A DNA stretch of 64,000 nt from Candidatus Nezhaarchaeales archaeon (GTDB lineage Archaea; Thermoproteota; Methanomethylicia; Nezhaarchaeales; WYZ-LMO8). Under the pieces are notes generated by a model. The model did no database searches. It was given only the letters and a program-made list of their open reading frames with translations, and was not told the DNA's origin. The stretch covers positions 192,001-256,000 of the forward strand of contig JAWAKK010000001.1 of the NCBI GenBank assembly GCA_038887515.1, written 5' to 3'. The translations under genes and the position numbers were made by a program. Below are positions 48,375-57,762 of this stretch, one piece after another (the stretch's first letter is position 1; the number at the start of each line of letters is the position of its first letter).

Positions 48375-49277
48375 TTAGAAGCGCGATATTTTAAATCTCG
48401 GGTGAGTTGATGGCGGACGTTTTCCATCTTCCATCAGTACTTGACCATAGGCTGCGCTTATAATAGCTATCGCGGGAACAATGAATTCTGCTTCGTGTAT
48501 AGGACCGAAGAACACGAAGTCCCCTCCAATGGCTATTGGCAACCCACTTACGATTGCGGAGCAGGCAGCTGTTAGAGCTATGTTCTTTTTCTGTTTGAGA
48601 GACCTCCACAGTGCAATAGCGTTGTGAGCTCCACAGCCACAAGGATAACCGTAGCGGCTCTTAATTTCGTAAATCGCTTTACAAGCTAGCCCGAGCGTTG
48701 CAAGGTCCATCACTACCGTGTCTATCATTATCTTCTCTATCCCAAAGCTCTTCATTTTAGGGATTAAAACGTCGAGTAGCCTTATCCTCTCTTTGTAAGA
48801 TATTATAGCCTTAGAACTGTAGGTAAGTGCGACCGCCGCTTTAAGCCCAACTTCTTTGGCTTTTTGATATACGTGCTCTTTAGTCTCGGGGTTAAAGGAG
48901 TTTAGAAGCGTTCTATCTAGTATTCCAAGTTCTTTAGCGGTTTGTAGACCACTGATAGCAGCTTCATCGGTTACGTAGTCTATCAGTATTGGTATCTTAG
49001 TTGCATCGGCGGCGAACTCTATGCGTCTCTTTGCGTTTTCAGCGTTAGTACAAACTACGTCAAGCATGCATGGAAGTCCAACCTTATCACATACCTCTTG
49101 GTATTTTGCAATTAAGTCTTGCGCGGCTTCCTTATCTATATTGCCGCTCTCGTCCGAAGTTTTATCGTCTTTAAAGAATATACTGCCTATGACCACTGTG
49201 GGGTACTCTCCAGGCTGTCCACCAACTTTGACACCTGCAATGTCAAAGGTCAATTGGTCCTTCTCAAACTTAAACAC
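48375..49277 (-). CDS. mtrH: Stand-alone MtrH/MtgA/MtoA-family methylcorrinoid:tetrahydropterin methyltransferase
   Basis: F.F.K.Q....IAGVKVGGQPGEYPTV..GSIF, ID, NS.N, D..V.D, P.GCG.HNA, GGDF...GPI; no other mtr subunits nearby. Confidence 0.88.
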   Translation of the reverse strand: MFKFEKDQLTFDIAGVKVGGQPGEYPTVVIGSIFFKDDKTSDESGNIDKEAAQDLIAKYQEVCDKVGLPCMLDVVCTNAENAKRRIEFAADATKIPILIDYVTDEAAISGLQTAKELGILDRTLLNSFNPETKEHVYQKAKEVGLKAAVALTYSSKAIISYKERIRLLDVLIPKMKSFGIEKIMIDTVVMDLATLGLACKAIYEIKSRYGYPCGCGAHNAIALWRSLKQKKNIALTAACSAIVSGLPIAIGGDFVFFGPIHEAEFIVPAIAIISAAYGQVLMEDGKRPPSTHPRFKISRF

Positions 49278-49417
49278 AGCACTTAACCCCCAATGTATAT
49301 AACGGAGAGAGTTGCTTCGGCTCGCTTAAAAAGCCTTTCTATAAGCGTAGGGAGGATGAACTCGATGTTAAGCATATTAAGGGCTCAGCATCTTTACATA
49401 ACTCCAGTTGACCATAT

Positions 49418-51331
49418 ATGACGTTAGAACACAAAACCTCTAAAAAAGTAATGGTCCGCTTTGAACCTCAAGGAAGGAAGGTATCAGTAGAGCAGGGGTT
49501 AACAATTTTAGAAGTTGCGCAGAAAGCTGGTGTTGGAATTAGGAGTGAGTGTGGTGGCCGAGGACTATGTGGGAAGTGTTTAGTTGTAGTTGAAGATCAA
49601 TCAAACTTGAACCCGATATCAATTATTGAACTGCAACAAGTACCTAGAGACAAACTTAAGCTAGGATACAGGCTTGCATGTCAAAGCATTGTCAAAGGCG
49701 ATGTAATGATATTCATCCCACCAGAAAGTAGAATGGAAACAAGGAGAATATTAAGTGAGGGGGCTGAAGAGACCTTCATGCTGGATCCGTCAGTCAAGAA
49801 AATTTACCTATCGTTGCCAAAGCCTAGCCTACAGGACGTTACTCCCGACCTAGAAAGACTTTGTTATCTATTGAGTGAAATGGGAATAGTTGGTGTTGAT
49901 ATAGATCATAAACTAATACAGGCGTTGCCATTGATCTTGAGGCAAGCCGACTGGAAGGTTACAATTACCCTATGGATGGATAAAGAAATAATAGCTATAG
50001 AGGAGGGAAATAAGACCAGCGAAATATACGGCATCTCTGTAGATATAGGCACGTCAAAGATTGTCTTACACTTAGTGAATCTTGCTTCTGGTGAAACTAC
50101 CTCCGTAAAATCTATGGAGAATCCGCAAATAGCCTACGGAGAGGACGTCATCTCGAGGATAAGCTATGCCTCCTTCAATGAGGGAGGGTTGAGAAGGTTG
50201 CAAGAAATCGTAGTTGAAGCCATAAATTCGCTCATAGAAGAAGCGTGCCGAGAAGCCGGCGTAAAGAAAGATAACATATATGAGATAACGGTCGTAGGAA
50301 ACACGGCAATGCACCACATCTTCTTGGGGTACTCACCGAAACAGCTCGCTATCGCGCCATACGTCCCAGTTGTTAAGCGGCCGATAAATGTGAAGGCCGA
50401 GTGCCTGAACCTCAAGGTAAACCCGCTGGCCAACGTCCACGTGCTTCCAATTATAGCTGGTTTCGTGGGCGCTGACGCAGTTGCAGATGTTTTGGCTACG
50501 AGAATTTATGAACTCGATGAAATAAGCTTGCTAATAGACATTGGGACTAACAGTGAAGTCTTCGTAGGTAATAGGGAGGATATAATTTCATGCTCATGCG
50601 CTGCCGGCCCAGCATTCGAAGGGATGCACATAGAGCACGGTATGAAGGCGGTGACGGGAGCTATCGAGAAGGTTAGGATAGACCCTAAAGACTATGAGGT
50701 GGACTATGAAACTATCAATAGTGCTAAGCCTATAGGGATTTGTGGCTCAGCGATAATAGATGCCATTGCCGAGATGTTTAAGTGCGGGATAATAGATAGC
50801 CGCGGACGCTTCAAACGAGACGTCCAATCAAAGCGCTTACGTAGCGAGAATGGTAGGCTAAAATTTGTGATAGCTTGGAGGGAGGAGACCGGAACTGGCC
50901 ACGATATAACCATTAGCGAGAGGGATATACAAGAAATCATATTAGCGAAGGCGGCAATACGTACTGGTATATCGATACTAATGAAGGAGAAGAATTTGAA
51001 GGAAAAGGACTTAGATCGCATATACGTTGCCGGAGCCTTTGGAAACTACTTAAACCCTGAAAGCGCGTTATTCGTAGGCTTATTCCCCGATGTCGACTTA
51101 AGCAAGATAAGATTCGTCGGCAACGCAGCAATAACTGGAGCAAAGCTTTGTCTACTTTCAAAGAATATGAGGAAAAGCGCTGAATACCTTTCAAACACCA
51201 TCCGCTACGTCGAGCTAACGATACATCCGGACTTTCATAGAGAATTCGTCGAGGCCCTTTTCATTCCACATCGAGATATAAACAGGTACCCGACCGTAGC
51301 GAGGTATTTGGGCAAAAAATTAACCACCTAG
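49418..51331 (+). CDS. ATP-dependent corrinoid reductive activator (RACo/MtoD type: N-terminal [2Fe-2S] plus ASKHA/DUF4445)
   Basis: CGGRGLCGKC...RLAC, DIGTSK, NPQ..YG.DVISR, GNTAMHH, DIGTN.E, AGPAFEG, GICGS, AGAFG, GNAA. Confidence 0.93.
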   Translation: MTLEHKTSKKVMVRFEPQGRKVSVEQGLTILEVAQKAGVGIRSECGGRGLCGKCLVVVEDQSNLNPISIIELQQVPRDKLKLGYRLACQSIVKGDVMIFIPPESRMETRRILSEGAEETFMLDPSVKKIYLSLPKPSLQDVTPDLERLCYLLSEMGIVGVDIDHKLIQALPLILRQADWKVTITLWMDKEIIAIEEGNKTSEIYGISVDIGTSKIVLHLVNLASGETTSVKSMENPQIAYGEDVISRISYASFNEGGLRRLQEIVVEAINSLIEEACREAGVKKDNIYEITVVGNTAMHHIFLGYSPKQLAIAPYVPVVKRPINVKAECLNLKVNPLANVHVLPIIAGFVGADAVADVLATRIYELDEISLLIDIGTNSEVFVGNREDIISCSCAAGPAFEGMHIEHGMKAVTGAIEKVRIDPKDYEVDYETINSAKPIGICGSAIIDAIAEMFKCGIIDSRGRFKRDVQSKRLRSENGRLKFVIAWREETGTGHDITISERDIQEIILAKAAIRTGISILMKEKNLKEKDLDRIYVAGAFGNYLNPESALFVGLFPDVDLSKIRFVGNAAITGAKLCLLSKNMRKSAEYLSNTIRYVELTIHPDFHREFVEALFIPHRDINRYPTVARYLGKKLTT

Positions 51332-51566
51332 GATTGGGCAGTTCTTTTGGAAAGGCTTCGAATTTTATGTTAACAAAGAAGTTTATCGTCCAAAGCTTAC
51401 AGTTATCCGTTTGACTTTTTATAGATGCCTAGACTTACGTTAAATTGATCGTTGAGTCGCTTAACTAATGCTTGCAATCGGCATCCTACATTGATCGTTA
51501 AAAGCGTAAAAACATATTTAAATGTAAAATGAGCGTAAAAAGTAAACCCCCAGGAGGTTCAGTAAA

Positions 51567-52232
51567 ATGTGTCCTACTATCGAAAATGAACTAAAAGAAT
51601 TATTGAAAGCAATAGTGGATCTCGAAGAGGGCAGGGCTATCGAAATAACGAAGAGGCTCGTAGAGTCCGGTGTAGACCCAGTAAGGATACTGGATTGCGT
51701 TCGAGAAGCATCTGAAGAGATAGGGAAGAGATTTGAAAGCGGAGAGTACTTCGTGGCCGACTTAGTGATGGCAGGAGAGATATTGAAAGGAATAAGTGAA
51801 ATAGTGAGACCTAAGCTCAAAGAGTTTGGGAAGTCCAGAGAAGTAATAGGTAGACTATTAATAGGAACTGTTGAGGGAGACATACATGACATAGGTAAGA
51901 AGATCGTTATAACGATGGCTGAAGCCGCTGGGTTCGAAGTCCTCGATATAGGGGAAGATGTGCCCCCACAGAAGTTTGTTGAAGCGATAAAGGAGTTCAA
52001 CCCCGACATAGTTGGAATGTCCGGTTTACTTACGCTAGTAATAGACTCAATGAAGAGGACAGTCGACGCAATAAAGGCTGCAGGTCTTAGAGACAAGGTG
52101 AAAATAATAATCGGAGGTGGAAGGGTGGACGAGCATGCCAAGGAATACACCGGCGCAGATGCTTGGACAAACGATGCTGCGTCGGGAGTAAGAACGATGG
52201 TGAAATGGATGGAGGAGAGGAAAAGGAAATGA
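51567..52232 (+). CDS. Corrinoid (B12-binding) methyl-carrier protein, MtoC/MtaC-like
   Basis: Helical cap (G..FE.GEYF..DL) plus GTVEGDIHDIGK (DxHxxG), SGLL, IIGG; GGAGG RBS. Confidence 0.95.
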   Translation: MCPTIENELKELLKAIVDLEEGRAIEITKRLVESGVDPVRILDCVREASEEIGKRFESGEYFVADLVMAGEILKGISEIVRPKLKEFGKSREVIGRLLIGTVEGDIHDIGKKIVITMAEAAGFEVLDIGEDVPPQKFVEAIKEFNPDIVGMSGLLTLVIDSMKRTVDAIKAAGLRDKVKIIIGGGRVDEHAKEYTGADAWTNDAASGVRTMVKWMEERKRK

Positions 52233-53497
52233 TTAAGGAACCCATAGACGAAATGAGAGAGAGACAGAAGAAAGAGCCCGAAGAGGTCCTGAAAGAGAGG
52301 GCCACAATATTTGAAGCAGCGGTAGATCTTAAAGAGCCCGAAAGAGTTCCATTGCTACTACTTTCATGTGGTCACCTGCTCGGTAAGTATTACAAATTAA
52401 GCGAGATATTCTTCAACTACGATACATTAAAGAAGGCTTCACTAAAAGTCATCGAAAACTTCCCAGCAGACTTATTTGCACCGGTACCTGCCGCCGATGG
52501 CTTCATATTTTCAGTAGCCTTCGCAGATTACCCCGATCTCTCACCCGTAGTCCGCTTCATAGCGGGACCTATACACGACATTTTGGGTGATAAATACACT
52601 CGATGGCCTGGAAGGGAGCTTAGCGAGAACACTACTTTTCAGTTTATAGGTGGAAAGTTCATGGAGGTCGAAGAGTACGACAAGCTTATTGAAGACCCAA
52701 TAGGTTTCATAAATGAGGTAGTGGTGCCTAGAGTTTGCACAAACCTAGCTAAACCAGGTATATCTAGGTACGCGACGTATGCTAGACTCGGCATAGCTGG
52801 TCGAGACTTCCTATTTAACGGTATGATAGGGACAAGCATCGAGCTAACTAAGGTCGGCATACCACCAATTCCGCTTACGTCTGCTTATGCCCCGCTAGAC
52901 GTCATAAGTGACTTTATGAGGTATCCAACTAATATGATGCTCGACTTACGTAGGTACCCTGATAAAGTTAAGAGTGCTACCGAGGTGCTGGTTGAGCCAA
53001 TAATCAAGATAGCGATGGCACTTAAGCCAGCAGGAGCGAAATTTGCTTTCATTCCGCTACATTTAAATGAGATGCTTCCTCCAAAGCTTTACAACGAGTT
53101 CTACTGGCCCTACTTAAAGGAAGTAATAGTGAGACTTTACCAAAACGGTATAAGGTCATACATTCTTTTTGAAGGGAACCACATGCCCCACTTAGAGACG
53201 ATACTTGAGTTACCTAAAGGATGGGGTCTCGGGGTCTTTGAAAAAGGCGATATAAAGAAGATTAGAGAAACCTTAAAGGGACATACTTGCGTTGCCGGAG
53301 GCATCCCCATATCGTTGCTCCTGCAAGCCACTCCGGACAAAATAGATAGTTACGTCAAAGAATTGCTTGCAGACCTAGCTCCAGGTGGAGGCTTCATACT
53401 TGGGCCAGGTATAGGCGAAATACCAGCCGAAGTACCGGATGCCAATTTAAGGGCACTGGTCAACGCAGCACTAAAGTATGGTAGATATAAGAGGTAA
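52229..53497 (+). CDS. URO-D-fold substrate:corrinoid methyltransferase (MT1), MtoB/O-demethylase-like
   Basis: EPERVP, P.D...D..R.....DL...PDKV, F.PLH, FYWP.LK, FEG, LPKG, GGGFI; lacks the MtaA HxC Zn motif; ATGA overlap with the corrinoid gene (start 52229). Confidence 0.8.
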   Translation: MIKEPIDEMRERQKKEPEEVLKERATIFEAAVDLKEPERVPLLLLSCGHLLGKYYKLSEIFFNYDTLKKASLKVIENFPADLFAPVPAADGFIFSVAFADYPDLSPVVRFIAGPIHDILGDKYTRWPGRELSENTTFQFIGGKFMEVEEYDKLIEDPIGFINEVVVPRVCTNLAKPGISRYATYARLGIAGRDFLFNGMIGTSIELTKVGIPPIPLTSAYAPLDVISDFMRYPTNMMLDLRRYPDKVKSATEVLVEPIIKIAMALKPAGAKFAFIPLHLNEMLPPKLYNEFYWPYLKEVIVRLYQNGIRSYILFEGNHMPHLETILELPKGWGLGVFEKGDIKKIRETLKGHTCVAGGIPISLLLQATPDKIDSYVKELLADLAPGGGFILGPGIGEIPAEVPDANLRALVNAALKYGRYKR

Positions 53498-53669
53498 TCA
53501 ATTCTTTAACCTTCACATTTTTATCCTCCAAAGGGCGATATAGCCGGTTAACCTAGACTTTAACCTTTTAAGTCGTCCATCTTTTCTTACCCCCTAAGAC
53601 CATAAGATCGTGGTTCTTTCCTTCAGACAAGGATTGAAGAAGTTGAAGACAGAAATTATTCTTTTTTTA

Positions 53670-53684
53670 GAAAAAGCTTATAAA
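53670..53684 (+). promoter_or_regulatory. BRE-TATA promoter for the CocE-like/symporter unit
   Basis: GAAAAAG-CTTATAAA ending about 32 nt upstream of ATG 53717. Confidence 0.5.
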
Positions 53685-53716
53685 AATTTCGACACCAACA
53701 ATTCTTCGTGGTATAA

Positions 53717-55627
53717 ATGTTCGTAAAGAGAGGAGTACACGTTTACAGGGGTAACGAGTATCATCAAAGGCTCCACGATTACGATGAGGCTATAAGACCC
53801 CAGAAGATAAGCTTGGAGACTTGGGGAAAAATTAAGGACAAGATAGAATGCGTGTACTTCCTTGGATACCCTGAAATATCGAAGGAACCTGAAAGTCGAC
53901 CACAATATAAGGTTAAGGTAGAGAAGGACGTTATGATACCTGTGAGGGATGGGGTAAAGATAGCAGCTGACGTCTATAGACCGGATGCAGAGGGCAAGTT
54001 TCCAACGATCTTGTCGTTCGGTAGCTGGGGCAAAGATATATGTGAAATGGTCATGTGGTTGCCTCCTCAGCAGTATCAGCCAGACACACCTTTCTGGGCC
54101 GGGAACCTTGAAGCCGGTCCTATACCTTATCTCGTTGAGCGTGGTTACGTAGTAGTAGTCCCTGATCCTAGAGGATGGAAGCTATCAGGTGGAGAGATAG
54201 ACGTATTTGTTGAAACTATGTTCAATGATTGGCCTCGGGATATATACGACATAATCGACTGGATAATAAAGCAACCCTGGTCTAATGGCGTAGTAGGAAT
54301 GATGGGAGAATGCATATATGGTGCAGCTCAAATATTCGCTGCAGCACTAGCCCCTCATCCAGCCCTTAAGGCTATAGCTCCTTGGGAATTCGTAGGCGTG
54401 CTGGTAAGCGACGTCAATTTTACTGGTGTAGTACATACGATGCTCTACAGCATCTTGACTAATAGGCACGTAAACGACTCAAATGCTTGGCCGAGATGTA
54501 AGCTGAGACCTTGGGCCTTTAAGCATTTAAGCAAAGACGAGGTAGAAAACAGATTAAAGGAACTACTTGAACATCCCGACATCAAGTACAACGCAAGGTA
54601 TTATGGAGTCCTACAGTATCCCGACATGGATCCTGCAGGCTTCATGGTTGATGGGCTAATGTTCTGGTTACATCCACCTCCTCCTGGAAAAGAGTTCCCG
54701 ATAAACGACAACTTCCCTTACGATAAGATAAAGATACCAGTATATCTCAACACACCGTGGAACGTCGTAGTATACATATGGGACACATTCTATGCTTACG
54801 AGAAGGTGGGCTCTAAAGCTAAGAAGTTGTTCGTCTCTATACCAAGAGAGATGAGAAGACCTTGGGTTGACTATCCCGAAGAGATTCTTAGATGGCACGA
54901 CTACTGGCTCAAAGGCATAGACACGGGAATCGTTGATGAACCGCCCGTCAAGCTGTTCGTTACAGGAATAAACATGTGGAAGTTCGAAAGAGAATGGCCT
55001 CCAGCTAGAGCAAGTTATACGAAGATTTACTTGCATCCAGGAGGTTGCTTATCGTTCGAGAAGCCTCCAGCAAACTCGCCCCCAGACTACTTCGTACAGC
55101 ATCCTCTCTACGAGGACCCAACAGTTTACGCGATGTTCTATACGTCAGAGCCTCTAAAAGAGGAAATAGAAGCCATAGGTCCCGTAGAGTTGATACTTGA
55201 GGCTAGCATAGACGGTGACTTCACGAACTGGATCATCGACTTAGTTGATATATCTCCATTAGGAGAAGCGCAGGTTCTAGGTCAAGGATGGCTTTGCACG
55301 TACTTCAGGGAAATTGATGAAGCAAAGTCTAGGCCTGGATGGCCTCGATATAAGAGGACGCATGCTAAACCAACACCTCGCAACGAGAAAATAAGGTATA
55401 GGATAGCATTAATGCCTATTGCCCACGTATTCCAAGTTGGCCATAGAATACAGGTTATAGTTAGAAACCAAGACGACCTGCTGAGCATAGACGGCTTGAT
55501 AAGGGACTACATACTCCCAAGAATGGAGAAAGTCACTCACACGATATACTACGGAGAGTCAGCATTGCTGCTACCTATAGTACCTAAACCGAGAGAGAGG
55601 ATCGTAATAGCGGAGGGACTAGCCTAA
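53717..55627 (+). CDS. CocE/NonD (X-Pro dipeptidyl-peptidase-like) alpha/beta-hydrolase-fold protein with atypical active site
   Basis: VMIPVRDG..IAADVYRP, RGYVVV..DPRG...S.G, QPWSNG.VGM.G, RW.DYWLKG, EWPP, C-terminal jelly-roll (F..GHRI). Confidence 0.9.
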   Translation: MFVKRGVHVYRGNEYHQRLHDYDEAIRPQKISLETWGKIKDKIECVYFLGYPEISKEPESRPQYKVKVEKDVMIPVRDGVKIAADVYRPDAEGKFPTILSFGSWGKDICEMVMWLPPQQYQPDTPFWAGNLEAGPIPYLVERGYVVVVPDPRGWKLSGGEIDVFVETMFNDWPRDIYDIIDWIIKQPWSNGVVGMMGECIYGAAQIFAAALAPHPALKAIAPWEFVGVLVSDVNFTGVVHTMLYSILTNRHVNDSNAWPRCKLRPWAFKHLSKDEVENRLKELLEHPDIKYNARYYGVLQYPDMDPAGFMVDGLMFWLHPPPPGKEFPINDNFPYDKIKIPVYLNTPWNVVVYIWDTFYAYEKVGSKAKKLFVSIPREMRRPWVDYPEEILRWHDYWLKGIDTGIVDEPPVKLFVTGINMWKFEREWPPARASYTKIYLHPGGCLSFEKPPANSPPDYFVQHPLYEDPTVYAMFYTSEPLKEEIEAIGPVELILEASIDGDFTNWIIDLVDISPLGEAQVLGQGWLCTYFREIDEAKSRPGWPRYKRTHAKPTPRNEKIRYRIALMPIAHVFQVGHRIQVIVRNQDDLLSIDGLIRDYILPRMEKVTHTIYYGESALLLPIVPKPRERIVIAEGLA

Positions 55628-55637
55628 AGATTAGGAC

Positions 55638-55769
55638 ATGATGGGGTTGGTGTACATGATATATTGGGAATGGTTGCTTGGATGGGAAGGCCTAGCCTTC
55701 TACGTACTGATAATATTGTGCATCATAGGGGCATTGGCCTTAAGAAAAGGCAAGAAGCGAGGAGGATGA
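55638..55769 (+). CDS. Small single-TM accessory protein of the sodium:solute symporter (not in ORF track)
   Basis: (MMGLVY)MIYWEWLLGWEGLAFYVLIILCIIGALALRKGKKRGG-stop; GGTG precedes ATG 55656; its 3' end contains the GGAGG RBS of the symporter. Confidence 0.65.
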   Translation: MMGLVYMIYWEWLLGWEGLAFYVLIILCIIGALALRKGKKRGG

Positions 55770-55773
55770 AAAT

Positions 55774-57315
55774 ATGGAAATTAGGTATGATATATTGATA
55801 CCAACAATGGTATACTACTTCATAGCCACCATAGGTTTTGGTCTCTACTATCGCAAGAGATATGGTAAAGCTGCATACGACTTCGCTTTGGCGAGCAGAA
55901 CTCTACCGTGGTGGCTAGTTTTCACAGGCGCTGTCCTCATACCTTTCGGAGGGGGGCATACCGTATCGCCAGCCGAGGCTACATGGGCTTTCGGTGTTGG
56001 CCCACTGTTATGGCCCATCTTGGGCGCCGTTCCCTCGCTCTTGTTGCTCTTCTTCGTTACTGGTAGAATCATGAGGGGAATAGGTGCTAGAACCGTCGGT
56101 GAGGCTATGGAAATGACTTTCGGCCCTACGGCAAGGATTCTACTGGCGGTCACGACATGCCTCCACATGATGATTATAGCTGGTCTAGAACTTTATGGCA
56201 CAGCCTCGGCAATCTACGGGTTTACAGGGTTCGAATACGCATTCTGCATAGTCATAGCTTTCGTCTTAATCATAATATACACATTCTTCGCGGGCGTAAT
56301 GCAAGCCTCGGTACTCAATGCTATTAACCTTGCAGTCTACTACGTAGGCTTCATATTAGCGTTCGTAGCCTTAACCTTCTGGCTTGCACCTATCGGCGGT
56401 TGGGATGCTGCCGCCCAAGCGATAGTTCAGCGTATGGGCGATGCGGGGGTAACACTGTTCTCTAGTAGAGCAGCTGAGATGATAGCAATCCTCGGCATAC
56501 CTATAGCTATATCCCACATAGCTGCCGTCACGGTATGCCAAGGAGCCGCTCAACCCGTTCTATCAGCAAAAGATCCAAAGGAGATAATTAAGGGATGGCC
56601 CCTACTCATAATATTTAACGGCCTTGCCCCCATAATATGGGTCATCGCAGGTCTCTTAGCCTTCTCAGCGCCAGCTTCCCTTTATGGCGGGGCCGCAACA
56701 CTCATAGAAAATATGAGGGCTCAAGGGTTAGCCGTGCCAGCGACTATAGTCACAATAACACAGCTATGGCCTGCCGCCGCCGCGGCACTATTAATGGCAC
56801 TATTAGCTGCAACGCTGTCTACAGCCGGGGCCTTCTGTTTAGGTGCTGCTACGTCACTAACTGAGGACATAGTTAGGCGCTTCTTAAAACCGGATATGAG
56901 CGAGAGAAGTGCAGTAACACTGATGAGGCTCCTAATAGTGTTAACTGGAGTCATAGCGCTAATAAGCGCCTTCCTGAAACCATTCTTGATGGCTGGCTTC
57001 ATCTGGATATTTACGTTCTACATACCTCTATTCGTATCGTTCATACTAGGGCTCGCTTGGAAGAGAAACGAAAAAGCAACAATAGCGACCACCATGATAA
57101 GCTGGGCCATAAATATACTATGGATACTCTTCAAGCCGGTAATAGAGCAGACGATGCCAATATACTTACACCCAGCTATGGGTAACGTCTACCCAGTCAC
57201 GATAGCCTCAATAATAGTATACGTAGTTCTAGTACTAGTAATGAAAGGAACTAAACCGGGCCTACTTAAAGAAATTAAAGGTACCGCCGTCGAACAAGCC
57301 ATAGTAAAACCATAA
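55774..57315 (+). CDS. Sodium:solute symporter (SSS/PutP family)
   Basis: DF.LA.R.LPW, GGG, about 13 TM helices, SAKD, LAA.LST, W.R.N...A. Confidence 0.9.
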   Translation: MEIRYDILIPTMVYYFIATIGFGLYYRKRYGKAAYDFALASRTLPWWLVFTGAVLIPFGGGHTVSPAEATWAFGVGPLLWPILGAVPSLLLLFFVTGRIMRGIGARTVGEAMEMTFGPTARILLAVTTCLHMMIIAGLELYGTASAIYGFTGFEYAFCIVIAFVLIIIYTFFAGVMQASVLNAINLAVYYVGFILAFVALTFWLAPIGGWDAAAQAIVQRMGDAGVTLFSSRAAEMIAILGIPIAISHIAAVTVCQGAAQPVLSAKDPKEIIKGWPLLIIFNGLAPIIWVIAGLLAFSAPASLYGGAATLIENMRAQGLAVPATIVTITQLWPAAAAALLMALLAATLSTAGAFCLGAATSLTEDIVRRFLKPDMSERSAVTLMRLLIVLTGVIALISAFLKPFLMAGFIWIFTFYIPLFVSFILGLAWKRNEKATIATTMISWAINILWILFKPVIEQTMPIYLHPAMGNVYPVTIASIIVYVVLVLVMKGTKPGLLKEIKGTAVEQAIVKP

Positions 57316-57333
57316 CCTTTTTCCCTCTTTTTG
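57316..57333 (+). terminator. Oligo(T) archaeal terminator candidate
   Basis: Pyrimidine tract with two T-runs immediately after the symporter stop. Confidence 0.45.
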
Positions 57334-57762
57334 TTAATGGTAAGTAATAGTAAGCAATAGATGGACTTTTATTTATGTGAACAAAAATAGTTAATGAGAT
57401 ATATGGGAAGCACTTTTAAGCAGGAGCCTTTGGCCTCTTAGCCTCCTTACTCAAGGCTTTATATCCAACCCAGAACCATATGTTTACTACCCAAAGCAAT
57501 ATTAGGGTCTCTACGAAGAGACTTAATGGCAACGGAATACTCAAAATTCTTCCCCCACAAAAAGGTTTGGTAAAGTGATTTATAAGACTTGTCACGACAC
57601 TAAACTCTAAATTTCATGGGTTAAGAAGAAAACTTACGTGAAAACTCCTAAGTAACGGTTAAATGAAAGCTTTACGTCTTATGTGATAATGGTTTCTTAG
57701 CAAAGTTTAAATAAGGTTCTGAAGTCGATAAAGAGAAGAAGCTTTCCCCTCTAAGTAAGGCG

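Noticed and set aside
48375-49277. mtrH as evidence for the membrane Mtr complex or methanogenesis
   Set aside because: No mtrA-G or mcr genes in the window; the context indicates a soluble MT2 role.
51518-52150. 210-aa minus-strand ORF
   Set aside because: Antisense shadow of the well-supported corrinoid protein gene.
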